DNA from: Stegostoma tigrinum
Taxonomy: Eukaryota
Direction: 5' to 3'
Assembly: GCF_030684315.1 (NCBI RefSeq)
Contig: NC_081354.1
Span: 77,885,222 to 77,949,221 of the forward strand
Length of the DNA stretch: 64,000 nucleotides
The translations under genes were made by a program, and so were the position numbers. Within the stretch, counting starts at the first letter, position 1, and every line of letters starts with the position of its first letter. Under the pieces are notes generated by a model that had not been told where the DNA came from, made no database searches, and saw only the letters and a program-made list of their open reading frames with translations. Positions 62,350 through 64,000 of this stretch are shown here, one piece after another.

Positions 62350-64000
62350 GTTAACAAAGTGTGGAGCTGGATGAACACAGCAGGCCAAGCAGCATCTCAG
62401 GAGCACAAAAGCTGACGTTTCGTGCCTAGACCCTTCATCAGAGGGGGGGATGGGGAGAGGGAACTAGAATAAATAGGGAGAGAGGGGGAGGCGGACCGAA
62501 GATGGAGAGAAAAGAAGATAGGCGGAGAGGAGAGTATAGGTGAGGAGGTAGGGAGGGGATAGGTCAGTCCAGGGAAGATGGACAGGTCAAGGTGGGATGA
62601 GGTGGTAGGTAGGAAGTGGAGGTGCGGTTTGAGGTGGGAGGAAGGGATGGGTGAGAGGAAGAACAGGTTAGGGAAGCAGACTCAGGCTGGGCTGGTTTTG
62701 GGATGCAGTGGGGGGAGGGGAAGAACTGGGCTGGTTTTGTCATGCAGTGGTGGGGGGGGGGGGGGGAGGGGAAGAACTGGGATGTTTTTGGGATGCAGTG
62801 GGGATAGGGGAGATTTTGAAGCTTGTGAAGTCCACATTGATACCATTGGGCTGCAGGGTTCCCAAGCAGAATGAGTTGCTGTTCTTGCAACCTTTGGGTG
62901 GCATCATTGTAGCACTGTAGGAGGCCCATGATGGACGTGTCGTCTGAGGAATGGGAGGGGTAGTTGAAATGGTTTGCGACTGGGAGGTGCAGTTGTTTGT
63001 TGCAAACCGAGCGGAGGTGTTCTGCAAAGCGGTCTCCATGCCTCTGCTTGGTTTCCCCAATGTAGAGGAAACCACACTAGGTACAATGGATACAATATAC
63101 CATATTGGCAGATGTGCAGGTGAACATCTGCTTGATATGGAAGGTCATCTTGGGGCCTGGGATAGGGGTGAGGGAGGAGGTGTGCGGTTGCAGGGGAAGG
63201 TGCTGGGTGTGGTGGGGTTGGAGGGGAGTGTGGAGCGGACAAGGGTGTCACGGAGAGAGTGGTCTCTTCGGAAGGCAGACAAGGGTGGGGATGGAAAAAT
63301 GTCTTGGTTGGTGGGGTCGGATTGTAGATGGTGGAAGTGTTGGAGGATGATAATGTATCTGGAGGTTGGTGGGGTGGTATGTGAGAACGAGGGGGATCCT
63401 CTGGGGGTGATTGTGGCAGGGGCGGGTTGTGAGGCATGTGTTGCGGGAAATGCGGGAGACACGGTCACGGGCGTTCTCGACCACTGCGGGGGGGCAAGTT
63501 GCGGTCCTTGAAGAATGTGGACATCTGGGATGTGCGGGAGTGGAATGCCTCATCCTGGGAGCAGATGCGGTGGAGGCGGAGGAATTGGGATTAGAGGATG
63601 GAATTTTTGCAAGAGGGTGGGTGGGAGGAGGTGTATTCTAGGTAGCTGTGGGAATCAGTGGACTTGAAATGGACATCAGTTTCTAGCTGGTTACCTGAGA
63701 TGGAGACTGAGAGGTCCAGGAAGGTGAGGGATATGTTGGAAATGGCCCAGGTGAACTTGAGGCTGGGGTGGAAGGTGTTGGTGAAGTGGATGAACTGTTC
63801 GAGCTCCTCTGGGGAGCAAGAGGTGGCGCCGATATAGTCATCAATGTAACGGAGGAAGAGGTGGGGTTTGGGGCCTGTGTAGGTGTGGAAGAGGGACTGT
63901 TCCACGTAACCTACAAAGAGTCAGGCATAGCTTGGGCCCATGTGAGTACCCGTGGCCACCCCCTTGGTCTGTAGGAAGTGGGAGGAATCGAAAGAGAAGT
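62350..64000 (-). mobile_element. Penelope-like retroelement (RT + GIY-YIG + terminal repeat with hammerhead) in OSTC intron 1
   Basis: ORF 63591-63905 LFLRYIDDYIG...FIHFTNTFHPSLKFT...LTFLDLSV; GIY-YIG remnant; CTGATGA-agggtctaggcac-GAAACGTC at 62441-62414 (minus). Confidence 0.92.

Noticed and set aside
1-64000. CRISPR arrays, rRNA, prokaryotic operons or defence systems
   Set aside because: The DNA is intron-containing vertebrate sequence; the dispersed repeats are retroelements with no regular repeat-spacer pattern.

Overview
This is eukaryotic, repeat-rich vertebrate DNA. HE1-type tRNA SINEs, CR1 LINEs and abundant Penelope-like elements point to an elasmobranch (shark) genome; that assignment is an inference. 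Three protein-coding genes can be supported. (1) HNRNPD/AUF1 on +, with a CpG-island promoter, 7 coding exons (2686-9071, 338 aa), a conserved 3'UTR cassette (NMD) exon that runs into an N-gap, and a last exon at 10222-~10640. (2) A VAMP8-like R-SNARE on -, with exons 16637-16780 and 25829-25987 and a probable ATG-only first exon at 54398-54400. It lies tail-to-tail with HNRNPD, where mammals have VAMP9/VAMP9P. (3) The first exon of OSTC on + (60746-60884). The rest is mostly decayed retroelements: a near full-length CR1, a full decayed Ty3/Gypsy element with both LTRs, and Penelope-like elements of several families. The most unusual signals are minimal hammerhead-ribozyme motifs in the Penelope terminal repeats, small TSD-flanked fold-back elements derived from them, a candidate long-range RNA duplex bracketing the HNRNPD poison exon, a candidate alternative last exon that would remove the AUF1 PY-NLS, and a dense CAGGTG/ETS cluster upstream of the VAMP gene. 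Most ORFs in the six-frame track are chance or repeat-derived. Repeat boundaries are by-eye estimates.
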